From positions 357,200 through 421,199 of the forward strand of contig CAZYJW010000001.1 of assembly GCA_964647855.1 (NCBI GenBank): a DNA stretch of 64,000 bases. The letters are read 5' to 3'. Both the position numbers and the translations under genes were made by a program. Position 1 is the stretch's first letter. Each line of letters starts with the position of its first letter. The notes under the pieces were generated by a model. The model did not search any database and was not told the DNA's origin. It saw nothing but the letters and a program-made list of their open reading frames with translations. This stretch comes from Candidatus Micrarchaeota archaeon (lineage in GTDB: Archaea > Micrarchaeota > Micrarchaeia > Anstonellales > Bilamarchaeaceae). Below, piece by piece: positions 18,693-27,794 of this stretch.

Positions 18693-18773
18693 CCCGCAAG
18701 ACCATATCATTTAACTGCTTCTAAGAAACAGGGCCTGGCAGCCGAAGTGCTGTCAGGCGTGCGGGGCGCGTTT

Positions 18774-20324
18774 ATGAAGGTGAGGCGGGCACTGGTCAGC
18801 GTCTACGACAAGGCGGGCATCGTGGAGCTCTGCAGGTTCCTCCAGGGCGTGGGGGTCGAAATCATCTCCAGCGGAGGCACCGCGGAGCATCTCAAGGGCG
18901 AGGGAGTGAAGGTCGTCGAGGTCTCGGAGGTCACCGGCTCGCCCGAGATGATGGACGGCCGCGTCAAGACGCTGCACCCGAAGATACACGGCGCGATTCT
19001 TGCCGACAGGGACAACCGGAAGCACATGGCGGAGGCGAAGCGCCTCGGAATCAACCCCATAGACCTGGTCGTAGTCAACCTCTATCCCTTCGAGGAGACC
19101 GTCCGGAAGAGGGCGTCCATGAGGGACATCGTTGAGAACATAGACATCGGGGGGCCGACCCTGCTTCGCGCCGCGGCGAAGAACTACCGCCACGTGGCCG
19201 TCGTGTGCAGGCCTTCGCGCTACCCCGAGCTGATGGCAGAGATGGAGAAATCGGGCGGGTGGCTCTCGGAGAAGACGCTCGAGCGCCTCGCCCTCGACAC
19301 ATGGGAGCACGTGTCGCACTACGACGTGTTCATCGAGCAGTTCTTCAGGAAGTCGTTCGGCTACTCCGAAGAGTTCCCGGAATACCTCAACCTCACGTTC
19401 CACCTCAAGCAGAAGCTCCGCTACGGCGAGAACCCCCACCAGCGCGCGACCGTCTACCGCGACGAGCTCACCAGGAACCCGTCCATCCTCGACGCGAGGC
19501 AGCTGCAGGGCAAGGAGCTCTCCTACAACAACATACTCGACTGCAACGCGGCGTTCAAGCTCATCCGCGAGTTCGACGAGCCTACCGGGGTCATCGTCAA
19601 GCACAACAACCCCTGCGGCGTCGCCTCCTCGGGCAGCATCCTCGAGGCGTTCAGGATGGCCAAGGCGGTGGACCCGGAGGCGTCATTCGGCGGCGTGGTG
19701 GCAGTGAACCGCGAGGTCGACGAGGCCCTTGCGCGGGAAATCACGAGCAAGTTCGTGGACATAATCATAGCCCCGGGCTTCAGCCAGAAGGCGCTCGAGG
19801 TGCTCCGTGCCAAGAAGAACATGCGCGTAATGGACACCCCGGCGGTGAACATGAAGCGCATGCCCTACCGCAAATACCGCTCCATCCTGGGCGGCCTGCT
19901 CGTCCAGGACGCGAACGTCAAGCTCCTCGAGCAGACCAAGGTCGTCACTAAGCGCAAGCCATCCGACAAGGAGATGAGGGCCCTCCTCTACGCGTGGAAG
20001 GTCGTGAAATACGTGAAGTCGAACTCAATCATCTTCGCCCGCGAGAACCGCGTCGTGGGAATCGGCGCGGGCCAGATGAAGCGCATCGACGCAGAGAAGC
20101 TCGCGGCCATGATTTCGCGCGACTACGGGGGCGATGTCAAGGGCTGCGTGATGGCGAGCGACGCCTTCTTCCCATTCAGGGACGGCATCGACTACGCCGC
20201 GAAGCAGGGCATAACCGCGGTCATCCAGCCCGGAGGCTCTATCCGCGATGCAGACGTGATCAAGGCGGCGGACGAGCACGGCATGGCGATGGTTTTCACC
20301 GGCATCCGGCATTTCAGGCACTAG
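18774..20324 (+). CDS. purH: Bifunctional AICAR transformylase / IMP cyclohydrolase PurH
   Basis: N-terminal MGS-like domain ([13 protein letters not shown]...ISSGGT...[16 protein letters not shown]) and a C-terminal AICARFT domain; ~515 aa. Confidence 0.9.
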   Translation: MKVRRALVSVYDKAGIVELCRFLQGVGVEIISSGGTAEHLKGEGVKVVEVSEVTGSPEMMDGRVKTLHPKIHGAILADRDNRKHMAEAKRLGINPIDLVVVNLYPFEETVRKRASMRDIVENIDIGGPTLLRAAAKNYRHVAVVCRPSRYPELMAEMEKSGGWLSEKTLERLALDTWEHVSHYDVFIEQFFRKSFGYSEEFPEYLNLTFHLKQKLRYGENPHQRATVYRDELTRNPSILDARQLQGKELSYNNILDCNAAFKLIREFDEPTGVIVKHNNPCGVASSGSILEAFRMAKAVDPEASFGGVVAVNREVDEALAREITSKFVDIIIAPGFSQKALEVLRAKKNMRVMDTPAVNMKRMPYRKYRSILGGLLVQDANVKLLEQTKVVTKRKPSDKEMRALLYAWKVVKYVKSNSIIFARENRVVGIGAGQMKRIDAEKLAAMISRDYGGDVKGCVMASDAFFPFRDGIDYAAKQGITAVIQPGGSIRDADVIKAADEHGMAMVFTGIRHFRH

Positions 20325-20352
20325 CGTGCCCGCATCAAGGAATCTCCCGCCC

Positions 20353-20718
20353 TCAGCTCGCCGGAATGTCGCCGAGCCTCGTCGCGTTCACTATCCAGCA
20401 CTCGCTGGCTGCCTCCCACGCCCAGACGAAGCGGGTGCACTCGTAGCTCATCTCGTACCTGCCCGGCTGGAACGTCTGCCCCCTGGGGTCGAAGACCTCG
20501 CATTCGCTGTAGGGCGTGTCCCTCCAGCAGACCATGTCGAGGCCGTAGATGCCGCTCCTCTCCTGGTAGGAGATGTACCCGATGGTGGTTCCCTTGGCCG
20601 GCGCGAAGTCGAAACGGAAGACGAGGTCCCCGAACGCCGCGATTATCATGCATCCGAAGAACAGCGCGAAGAAAGAGACGCCTATCAGCGGGCCGATGTT
20701 GTCAGGATTGAGCTTCAT
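20353..20718 (-). CDS. Small secreted/membrane-anchored protein (possible lipoprotein), hypothetical
   Basis: 121 aa; N-terminal hydrophobic segment ending in LFFGC, then a Cys-containing globular part. Confidence 0.4.
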   Translation of the reverse strand: MKLNPDNIGPLIGVSFFALFFGCMIIAAFGDLVFRFDFAPAKGTTIGYISYQERSGIYGLDMVCWRDTPYSECEVFDPRGQTFQPGRYEMSYECTRFVWAWEAASECWIVNATRLGDIPAS

Positions 20719-20787
20719 GGATGCATCTCCATCTGCAACCCATAAATAACATTCGGTGGCGCGCGGAAATGCCCGCCGCCCCCCGCC

Positions 20788-21690
20788 TCAGCGGGCGTGC
20801 CTTTTTTTCCTGTGCCCGAGCAGGTGGCAAGCCTTCTGGCTCCGGCACGAGCATCCGGACGGCTCGAACTGTATTGTGACGTGCGAGATGCCGAAATCGC
20901 GATGGAGCGCCTCCTCTATTCTGAGAGAGAGCGCCCGCGCTTCAATCAGCTCGATGTTGTCCGTCTCGACATGCATCATCGCGAACGCCATCTCGGAGCA
21001 GGTGCGCCAGACATGGATGTCATGGACGCCCCTGACGCCCTCCACCCCGAGCACGGCCCGGGATATCGCGTCGGTGCCCGCCCCGTAGGGTGCGGACTCG
21101 AGCAGGATGGAGAGCGAGCTCCGGAGCACCGTATATGCGCTGAACAGGATGATGGCGGAGATCAGGAGGCTGACCGCGACATCCACGACATACTGCCCCG
21201 TGAGCAGGATGATTATCGCGCCTGCGATGACACCCACGGAGGAGAGGGCGTCCCCGGCAGCGTGCAGGAAGGCGCTGCGAGTGTTCAAATCCTCCTCGTG
21301 CTGGAGGCGGTGGGCGACGTAAAGGTTGCCTGCCAGGCCCAGGAGCGAGGTGGCCAGCATCGGGGCGCCCGCAACCTCGTATGCGGTCCCGAAGCGGGCG
21401 AGGGCCTCGTAGGCGATGAAAAGCGCCATCAGCACAAGGAGGGCGCCGTTCAGCAGGGCTGCGAAAACCTCTATGCGGTGGAATCCGAAGGTCCGCCGCG
21501 CCGTGGGCGTCCTGAGGGCGAGCCATATGGCGGTGAGGGACGCGCCGATTGCTACGGCGTCCGAAAAAACATGGGCGGAATCCCCCAGGAGCGCGAGGCT
21601 GTTGGAATAATGCCATCCCACGAGCTGGACCGCCAGCACGGCTGCGGTCACAACGAACGCGCTCTGCAGCCCCCTGTAAGCCTCCGGCAT
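20788..21690 (-). CDS. Cation diffusion facilitator (CDF) family metal efflux transporter
   Basis: Six TM segments with HxxxD-type motifs (GDSAHVFSD, LHAAGDALSS) plus a C-terminal cytoplasmic domain and His/Cys-rich tail. Start MPEAYRG at 21688-21690. Confidence 0.8.
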   Translation of the reverse strand: MPEAYRGLQSAFVVTAAVLAVQLVGWHYSNSLALLGDSAHVFSDAVAIGASLTAIWLALRTPTARRTFGFHRIEVFAALLNGALLVLMALFIAYEALARFGTAYEVAGAPMLATSLLGLAGNLYVAHRLQHEEDLNTRSAFLHAAGDALSSVGVIAGAIIILLTGQYVVDVAVSLLISAIILFSAYTVLRSSLSILLESAPYGAGTDAISRAVLGVEGVRGVHDIHVWRTCSEMAFAMMHVETDNIELIEARALSLRIEEALHRDFGISHVTIQFEPSGCSCRSQKACHLLGHRKKRHAR

Positions 21691-21692
21691 AA

Positions 21693-22655
21693 TCACATCT
21701 CCCTCGCGTACTTCGAGGCGAGCAGAAGATAACCGTCCATCCGCTCCCTGCTCTGGCCCCCCGCGCCCTGCTCCAGCTCGATCGCCGCAATCTTGGCGCG
21801 CACGTTGGCACGGTAGCACTTGTATAGCGGAAGCAGGCGCCGCGCATCAGTGTCCCCGCTTCGGGAGACGTATTCCTCCACGAAGGCGCGCGAGAGGTCC
21901 TCCCTTCCGGAATGGTCAAGGTCCATCGCCATGAACGCTATGTCGCTCGCCACGTCAATCCTCCTGAAATCGGGGCTGAACTCGATGCAGTCTATTATCC
22001 TGATTCCGTCCTCTAGGAAAATGTTGCCGCAATGCAGGTCCCCGTGGCAGTCCCTAACGAACCCCTCCGCCACCCTGGCCTCCATGAGGCCCCGGTTCCT
22101 CCGTATCCACGCCTCCGAAGCCGCGAGAATCCCGTCCGACCACCTTCCCAGCCCGGATGCGCGCTCGATTGTCCCGCGATGCGCCCCGAGGTCGGCGATC
22201 TGGCCCCAGACAAGCCCGGGGGAGCCGTACTGCCCGCGGACCGGCTCCGCATCGGAATGGAAATCAGCGACCATGCGCGCTATCCCCCTCACTAGCCCCT
22301 CGTCCACGCGGCCCGCGGCGAGCATGCGGTCCATCTTCCTCCCCTCGTCGAGCCGCCTCATCCTGACGGCATGGTCTATGGTTTCTCCGGCCCCCCCGAT
22401 GGACACCCTCCCGCCCTCGGCGGTCACCGGGACGACGCCGAGATAGACATCGGGCGAGAGCCTCCGGTTGAGCCTCACCTCCTCATGGCAGAAATGCATC
22501 CTCAGCTCGGGCGTTGAGAAATCAAGGAAGGAGAGCTTCAGCGGCTTCTTTATCTTATGGACCTCGCCCCTCCCGAGCAGGAGCCATGAGATGTGCGTCT
22601 CTATCAGCCCTGCGCCGCTCTCCTCCGCCAGCCGCCTTATCTGGTCGCCGTCCAT
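21693..22655 (-). CDS. Aminoglycoside-phosphotransferase-like (APH/choline-kinase fold) kinase
   Basis: Catalytic HGDLHCGNIF (HGDxxxxN) and the downstream IDCIEFS (DxxxFS-like) motifs of the APH family. Confidence 0.65.
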   Translation of the reverse strand: MDGDQIRRLAEESGAGLIETHISWLLLGRGEVHKIKKPLKLSFLDFSTPELRMHFCHEEVRLNRRLSPDVYLGVVPVTAEGGRVSIGGAGETIDHAVRMRRLDEGRKMDRMLAAGRVDEGLVRGIARMVADFHSDAEPVRGQYGSPGLVWGQIADLGAHRGTIERASGLGRWSDGILAASEAWIRRNRGLMEARVAEGFVRDCHGDLHCGNIFLEDGIRIIDCIEFSPDFRRIDVASDIAFMAMDLDHSGREDLSRAFVEEYVSRSGDTDARRLLPLYKCYRANVRAKIAAIELEQGAGGQSRERMDGYLLLASKYAREM

Positions 22656-22656
22656 C

Positions 22657-23172
22657 CTACCTACCCACGTACTCCATCACAAGCCTCACCTTGTCGCGCT
22701 CCGGGAGCATCGAGTCGACGACAAGATGCCTTTCTGCGGGCCCTTCGAACTCCTCCCTTATCCTGAGGTAGACTCCGAAATCGGCGTCGCTCGGCCCGCC
22801 CTTCCTCCGCCTTCCCAGCCTTTTCCTGACCTCCCCCTCCGGAAGGACCGTCTTGACAATGAACGCCCCGGTGCCGGATTCGGAAGCCAGGGCCATGAAC
22901 CGCCTTCTTTGCGCCTCGCGCTGGAACGTCGCGTCCGCGACCGCGTCCCTGCCAGCCGAGATGGCGCCCCTTGCATCATCCGCCATGGCGCAATACACCG
23001 CCTCCTTCTCCGCCTCGCTGTATTGCGGCCTTGGGAAAAGCCGCTTCCTGATGAGGTCGCTGCTTATGTGCGCTGCCGGAAGCGCCCTGCATAGGGATTT
23101 CGCGAGGGTGGTCTTCCCGCTCCCGGGAAGCCCGCATATAATTATAAGCATGGAGCCTAATACCCCTATCAT
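22657..23172 (-). CDS. P-loop NTPase / small kinase (AAA_33-like)
   Basis: 171 aa; Walker A GLPGSGKTT near the N-terminus. The stop abuts the APH-like gene. Together they resemble the split halves of fused bifunctional APH/ATP-binding proteins. Confidence 0.6.
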   Translation of the reverse strand: MIGVLGSMLIIICGLPGSGKTTLAKSLCRALPAAHISSDLIRKRLFPRPQYSEAEKEAVYCAMADDARGAISAGRDAVADATFQREAQRRRFMALASESGTGAFIVKTVLPEGEVRKRLGRRRKGGPSDADFGVYLRIREEFEGPAERHLVVDSMLPERDKVRLVMEYVGR

Positions 23173-23203
23173 CTTTATTAACCGAGTTTTCATAGGTGGT
23201 GAA

Positions 23204-24418
23204 ATGGCTGAGGAATTCGATGTCATAGTCATAGGCGCCGGGCCGTCCGGCTCTTCTGCGACAGCATTTCTTTCAAAGGCGGGGCGCAAGGTCCTGCTCC
23301 TTGACCGGGCGAAATTCCCGCGCGAGAAGGTCTGCGGGGACGGGATAAGCGGCCGCTCGGTCGGCATACTCCGCGAGATGGGGCTCCTAGATTCCTTCAA
23401 GGATTTCGAGCACCAGGACATGTTCGGCGTGACATTCTCCTCCCCAAACGGCACCGTGGCACCCATCCCTTCGGCATCGGGAGCCGGGGCGCCGGGCTTC
23501 GTGTGCAGGCGCGAGGTGTTCGACAACGTCCTTTTCCAGCACGCCAAGTCGCTTGCTGCAAAAACCATCGAGGGCTTCTTCGCCACCGACCTCCTGATGG
23601 ATGGCGGGAAAGTGGTCGGCGTCAGGGGCAACGGGCCCGACGGCGAGGCCGAGTTCCGCGCCAAGGTGGTCGTCGGCGCGGACGGAGCCGCGGGCCTCAC
23701 CGCGAGGAAGCTCGGCGCCCACAACACGGACGAGAGGCACCAGCATGCCGGCATACGCTGCTACTACGAGGGCGTGGAGGGGATGGGGGACAAGATAGAG
23801 CTCCATTTCGTCGACAGCGCCGTCCCGGGCTATTTCTGGATTTTCCCGCTTCCAGACAAGAAGGCGAACGTCGGCCTCTGCATGGTCGTATCCGACATGA
23901 AGAAGCGCAGGGCGAACCTGCAGACGATAATGAAGGGCATAATCGAGAAGCACCCCGCCTTCAGGCCCCGCTTCCAAAACGCAAAACGCGCAACCGAAAT
24001 AAAGAGCTGGCTACTGCCGCTCGCGTCCAAGCGCGTCAGGGTGTCCGGCGACGGCTATGTCCTGGTGGGCGACGCGGCATCTCTCATCGACCCGTTCACT
24101 GGCGAGGGCATAGGGAACGCCCTCACAAGCGGCATGGTCGCAGCAAGGGCGATAAACGCGGCATTCGGGAAGAACGATTTCTCCGCGAAAGAGCTTTCGT
24201 CGTACGACCGCGCCCTCTGGTCCATGATAGGGGGCGAGATAGGGACCAGCCACCGCATGCAGAAGATGGCGAACAGCAGGTTCCTGATGAACCTAATCAT
24301 CGGCAAGGCCAAGCGCAGCAAGGAGGTCCGGGGCGTCATCAGCGACGCGATCCTGAACCCCACCAGCCACAAGACGCTGATTGACCCGCTTTTCATACTC
24401 CGCGCGCTGCTCGCGTAG
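23204..24418 (+). CDS. Geranylgeranyl reductase family FAD-dependent oxidoreductase
   Basis: FAD-binding VIVIGAGPSGS and the conserved CGDGIS, PGYFWIFP, GDAASLIDPFTGEGI motifs of archaeal GGR. Start MAEEFDV at 23204. Confidence 0.75.
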   Translation: MAEEFDVIVIGAGPSGSSATAFLSKAGRKVLLLDRAKFPREKVCGDGISGRSVGILREMGLLDSFKDFEHQDMFGVTFSSPNGTVAPIPSASGAGAPGFVCRREVFDNVLFQHAKSLAAKTIEGFFATDLLMDGGKVVGVRGNGPDGEAEFRAKVVVGADGAAGLTARKLGAHNTDERHQHAGIRCYYEGVEGMGDKIELHFVDSAVPGYFWIFPLPDKKANVGLCMVVSDMKKRRANLQTIMKGIIEKHPAFRPRFQNAKRATEIKSWLLPLASKRVRVSGDGYVLVGDAASLIDPFTGEGIGNALTSGMVAARAINAAFGKNDFSAKELSSYDRALWSMIGGEIGTSHRMQKMANSRFLMNLIIGKAKRSKEVRGVISDAILNPTSHKTLIDPLFILRALLA

Positions 24419-24461
24419 GCTGCGGGGCGGTTTTTTTATTGCTTCCCCCCCAATCCAAGCC

Positions 24462-25805
24462 ATGGAAAGGTTCGATTTGATAGTAGTGGGGGCCGGCTCC
24501 GGGCTCGAGGTCGCCGCATCGGCCGCCGCAGCGGGAAAATCCGTCGCCGTGGTGGAGGAGGGCCCGATGGGTGGGACATGCCTCAACCGCGGGTGCATCC
24601 CGACCAAGATTCTCATACACTGCGCGGACGTGGCGCAGATTGTGAGGAAGGCCGCCGCGTTCGGGATTAAGGTCCCGAAGCACTCGACAGACTTCAGGAA
24701 GGCGATGGCGCGGGCGAAGGTCGTTGACAAGGAGGCTGCCGAGATAGAGGCAAGCCTGCGGAAATCCAAGAACATCAAGCTCTTCAAGGCAAGGGGGGAG
24801 TTCATCGGCCCGAAGGCGCTGCGCGCGGGCAAGGCGGAAATGACCGCCGAGAAAATCGTGATAGCCGCGGGAACGCGCCCCTCGGTGCCGCGCATTGAGG
24901 GGCTGGACGGCGTACCGTTCATCACCAGCGACGGCGCCCTGAGGCTCACCCGGCTGCCCAAGAAGCTGATTATTGTGGGCGGGGGGTACATCGCCTGCGA
25001 GCTCGCGCACTTCTTCGGCTCGATGGGCTCGCAGATAACGATACTCCAGCGCAACGTCCGCCTGCTCCCGGACGAGGACGCGGAGCTATCGGAAAGGTTC
25101 ACGGAGCTGTTTTCCAAGCAATACGACGTCCGGCTCTCGTTCGCGGTGAAGAAGGCCGAGGCGTCCGGGGGCACGATACGCGTGTCCAACGCGGAGGGCG
25201 AAGCCGTGGAGGGCACGGACCTGCTAATAGCCACGGGCAGGGTGCCGAACGCCGACACACTGCAGGCCGCCAAGGCGGGCATCGAAACCGACGCACACGG
25301 TTTCATAAAGGTGAACGAGTTCATGGAGACGAACGTTCCCGGCATATGGGCTTTGGGGGACATCGCCGGCAAATACCTCTTCAAGCACTCGGCAAACCTG
25401 GAGGCCGAATACGTGACGCTCGCCGTTGTGAGCGGGCACCGGCATCCGGTGGACTATTCCGCCATGCCCCATGCAGTCTTCTCGCGCCCGCAGATTGCCG
25501 GCGTCGGCGCCACAGAGCAGGAGCTGAAGGAGCGCGGCGACGACTATCTGGTCGGAAGGTACAAATATTCAGACACCGGCATGGGGGAGGCGCTCGGGGA
25601 GAAGGACGGGTTCGTGAAGTTCCTGACCGACTACGAGGGCAAAATCCTCGGCTGCCACATCATGGGGCCGGAGGCGTCCACCCTCCTCCACGAGGTCCTC
25701 GTCTCCATGAAGGCCGGCAAGTGCAACATCAGCGACATCACGAACACCGTGCACATCCACCCGTCGCTCAGCGAGGTCGTCCAGCGCGGCGCGGGCTCCG
25801 TCTGA
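24462..25805 (+). CDS. Pyridine nucleotide-disulfide oxidoreductase, class I (dihydrolipoamide dehydrogenase / glutathione-reductase-like)
   Basis: FAD motif LIVVGAGSG, redox disulfide GGTCLNRGCIPTK, NAD motif IIVGGGYIA and C-terminal HIHPSLSE dimerisation motif. Start MERFD at 24462. Confidence 0.7.
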   Translation: MERFDLIVVGAGSGLEVAASAAAAGKSVAVVEEGPMGGTCLNRGCIPTKILIHCADVAQIVRKAAAFGIKVPKHSTDFRKAMARAKVVDKEAAEIEASLRKSKNIKLFKARGEFIGPKALRAGKAEMTAEKIVIAAGTRPSVPRIEGLDGVPFITSDGALRLTRLPKKLIIVGGGYIACELAHFFGSMGSQITILQRNVRLLPDEDAELSERFTELFSKQYDVRLSFAVKKAEASGGTIRVSNAEGEAVEGTDLLIATGRVPNADTLQAAKAGIETDAHGFIKVNEFMETNVPGIWALGDIAGKYLFKHSANLEAEYVTLAVVSGHRHPVDYSAMPHAVFSRPQIAGVGATEQELKERGDDYLVGRYKYSDTGMGEALGEKDGFVKFLTDYEGKILGCHIMGPEASTLLHEVLVSMKAGKCNISDITNTVHIHPSLSEVVQRGAGSV

Positions 25806-25848
25806 AGGCGGAATCCCCCCGGAGCCCGGAAGTGCTTCCGGCCCAGCC

Positions 25849-26229
25849 TCATTGGATATGCTCTTCCATCGGCCTCATTCCGCTCAGCCAGAAGTCCTTC
25901 GCCGCGGAGGCTATGCGGAAATGCGCGGCCTCGTGGTATTCGGGATTGTAGAAGACGATTTCCATGCCGCTGTCGATGCACTTCAGGAGGCCCTCCCCGT
26001 CGACCGTGATGCTCAGGATTCCCGGCTCTCCCCGGTCGCGCTCAGCCTTCTTCCTGTCCGTGCTCTCGAGGCCGAGCATTATCGAGCTGCCCCCGTCGTA
26101 GAACAGCCTGAGCAGGACCCTGCCCTTCGTGCAGATGGCCTCATAGGCTCCGGGGTCGGCGTTGAGCACGACCTTCCTCTGCGCATTCTGCCCCTGTTCC
26201 CTCCAGCCTGACTGCTTCTGGCGCTGCAT
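25849..26229 (-). CDS. Hypothetical protein
   Basis: 126 aa, no recognised motif. Confidence 0.35.
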   Translation of the reverse strand: MQRQKQSGWREQGQNAQRKVVLNADPGAYEAICTKGRVLLRLFYDGGSSIMLGLESTDRKKAERDRGEPGILSITVDGEGLLKCIDSGMEIVFYNPEYHEAAHFRIASAAKDFWLSGMRPMEEHIQ

Positions 26230-26307
26230 TTCAATTCCCGCAGCATAGATGCGGGGCAGGGTTTATATTATTAGTGGTAAAAAGAGGTCGAGAGAGTTAT
26301 TATAATA

Positions 26308-26429
26308 TCCCGTCGGCCTGATTTGAACAAGCAACCTGCCGGTATCTACTGTTTGCAGTAGGTTCAACTCGTAAAAAAACGAGCTAATCAAAGCTACAGC
26401 CGGCCGCTCTACCGTTGAGCTACGACGGG
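26308..26429 (-). tRNA. tRNA-Tyr (GUA) with ~50-nt intron
   Basis: Reverse complement: CCCGTCG-TA-GCTC-AACGGTA-GAGC-G-GCCGG-CTGTAG[intron]A-CCGGC-AGGTT-GCTTG-TTCAAAT-CAGGC-CGACGGG-A. Cloverleaf and T-loop TTCAAAT are intact. The intron sits in the anticodon loop and contains a CTACTG/CAGTAG hairpin. Confidence 0.7.
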
Positions 26430-26510
26430 AATCCGGCGCAAGGCGACGCGCACCGCGCACCGAGGATATATCTCACTCTCGGAAGTCCTTAAAAATCTGC
26501 TTATGCCCCC

Positions 26511-27275
26511 TCACATCCTTTCGATGCCCGGGACGATGTGGAGCTTGGGGCCGTACCATCCTGCGAGGGCGTCCACCATCTCCGAATACGCCATCCTCAC
26601 CGAAAGGTGGCGGGCGAGCGGGTCGGTGCCGCCTATCGATATGTCCGCCTCGATGTCCCCGAGCCTTCCGAACTGCCTTCCCTTCCTGCCGCGCCTCCGG
26701 CCCTCCGGGCTCTCGACGACAATGTACCTCACACTTTCCGCCGCCCCATGCGGCATGAAGGGGGTGCATGTGCCGTGCATCATCCCGGGCGGCAGGTCCG
26801 GCGCGATTTCGAGCGAGCAGCCGTCGTAATCCTCGGGCAGGAGGCCCGACATACGGATTTTCCGCGGTCCGCTTGCGGCTATCACGAACATGTCCCCGCA
26901 ATACCGCTCCCTTGCGCAGACCGCCTTGATGACGCTCTCGGGCGGAATCCCCGCGGCCCTCGCCTTATCGTCGACGCCGGATGCCGGCACCCCGCTATGC
27001 ATCAGGGATGCACGGCCTTCAATTATCAGCCTTTCGAGGAAATCCATGCCAGCCAGCCTTCCCGGAACGCCAAATTCATCCCATGCCGGGGAACCGGGGG
27101 CGATTTTCCGGACCATGGGGCCTTCCGTGAGCGGGCAGGAAACGCGCGCTCCTGCTGCAGCCCCGCTCGGGGCCGCCTCCATCCTCCGGATGATTCCAGG
27201 CATGTGTCCCATGGGGGGTATGGTGTGCTCATGCCCTATTAAAATCCGGTCCCGTATCAGGCGGATATTTTCCAA
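26511..27275 (-). CDS. Hypothetical protein (His-rich N-terminus GHEHT..MGHMPG)
   Basis: 254 aa, soluble. Conserved-looking His cluster near the N-terminus and a Cys-containing central region (CARERYCGDMFVIAASGP). Family not recognised. Confidence 0.35.
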   Translation of the reverse strand: MENIRLIRDRILIGHEHTIPPMGHMPGIIRRMEAAPSGAAAGARVSCPLTEGPMVRKIAPGSPAWDEFGVPGRLAGMDFLERLIIEGRASLMHSGVPASGVDDKARAAGIPPESVIKAVCARERYCGDMFVIAASGPRKIRMSGLLPEDYDGCSLEIAPDLPPGMMHGTCTPFMPHGAAESVRYIVVESPEGRRRGRKGRQFGRLGDIEADISIGGTDPLARHLSVRMAYSEMVDALAGWYGPKLHIVPGIERM

Positions 27276-27332
27276 ATTATGGCATTATTATTAAGCTTTC
27301 TCCGGATATTATCCAACATGGCTTCGGTAAAA

Positions 27333-27773
27333 ATGGATGAAATAGATTACAGCATACTCCATGTCCTGAAAAAGGACGCGAGGAAAACCGTAGCGGAAAT
27401 CTCGCTTCATCTGGGAATCCCGCGGGCGACCGTGCATGAGCGCATCTCGCGCATGCGGAAGTCCGGGGTCATACGGCGCTTCACCCTCGAGGAGGACTAT
27501 TCAAAGACCGGTTTGCCGACGCTATCCTTCGTGTTCGTGGAATACGACAAGGGGGCGCGCACCGACCAGCACGAGGTCGCACGGAAAATCGCCTCCGTTC
27601 CGGGCGTTCTCGGCGTCTATATCATCTCGGGCGAATGGGACATGCTCGTGAAGGTGAGGGGAAGGAGCATCGAAGACATCGGCAGCATCATCATCGAAAA
27701 CATAAGGGCCACGCCAGGCGTCCTCAAGACCTACACGATGGCATGCTTCGAGGTCGCCAAAGACGAGGCATGA
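27333..27773 (+). CDS. Lrp/AsnC family transcriptional regulator
   Basis: MDEIDYSILHVLKKDARKTVAEISLHLGIPRATVHERISRM (HTH_AsnC) plus a C-terminal RAM domain. Confidence 0.8.
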   Translation: MDEIDYSILHVLKKDARKTVAEISLHLGIPRATVHERISRMRKSGVIRRFTLEEDYSKTGLPTLSFVFVEYDKGARTDQHEVARKIASVPGVLGVYIISGEWDMLVKVRGRSIEDIGSIIIENIRATPGVLKTYTMACFEVAKDEA

Positions 27774-27794
27774 ACCCGGGAAACCCGCCCTGTT

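Noticed and set aside
18753-19951. ORFs 18753..19604(-) and 19205..19951(+) inside purH.
   Set aside because: Opposite-strand or alternate-frame shadows of the well-supported purH gene.
22657-24418. N-terminal extensions of ORFs 22657..23754(-) and 22853..24418(+).
   Set aside because: Extensions overlap each other and neighbouring genes out of frame. The real genes start at internal Met residues that immediately precede conserved Walker-A/FAD-binding motifs.
26308-26429. Alternative reading of the intron-containing tRNA as tRNA-Cys (anticodon loop CTGCAAA inside the insert).
   Set aside because: No 5-bp anticodon stem flanks that loop. The CTACTG/CAGTAG pairing makes it a 4-nt hairpin loop, whereas the canonical 37/38 intron placement gives a proper GUA anticodon arm.
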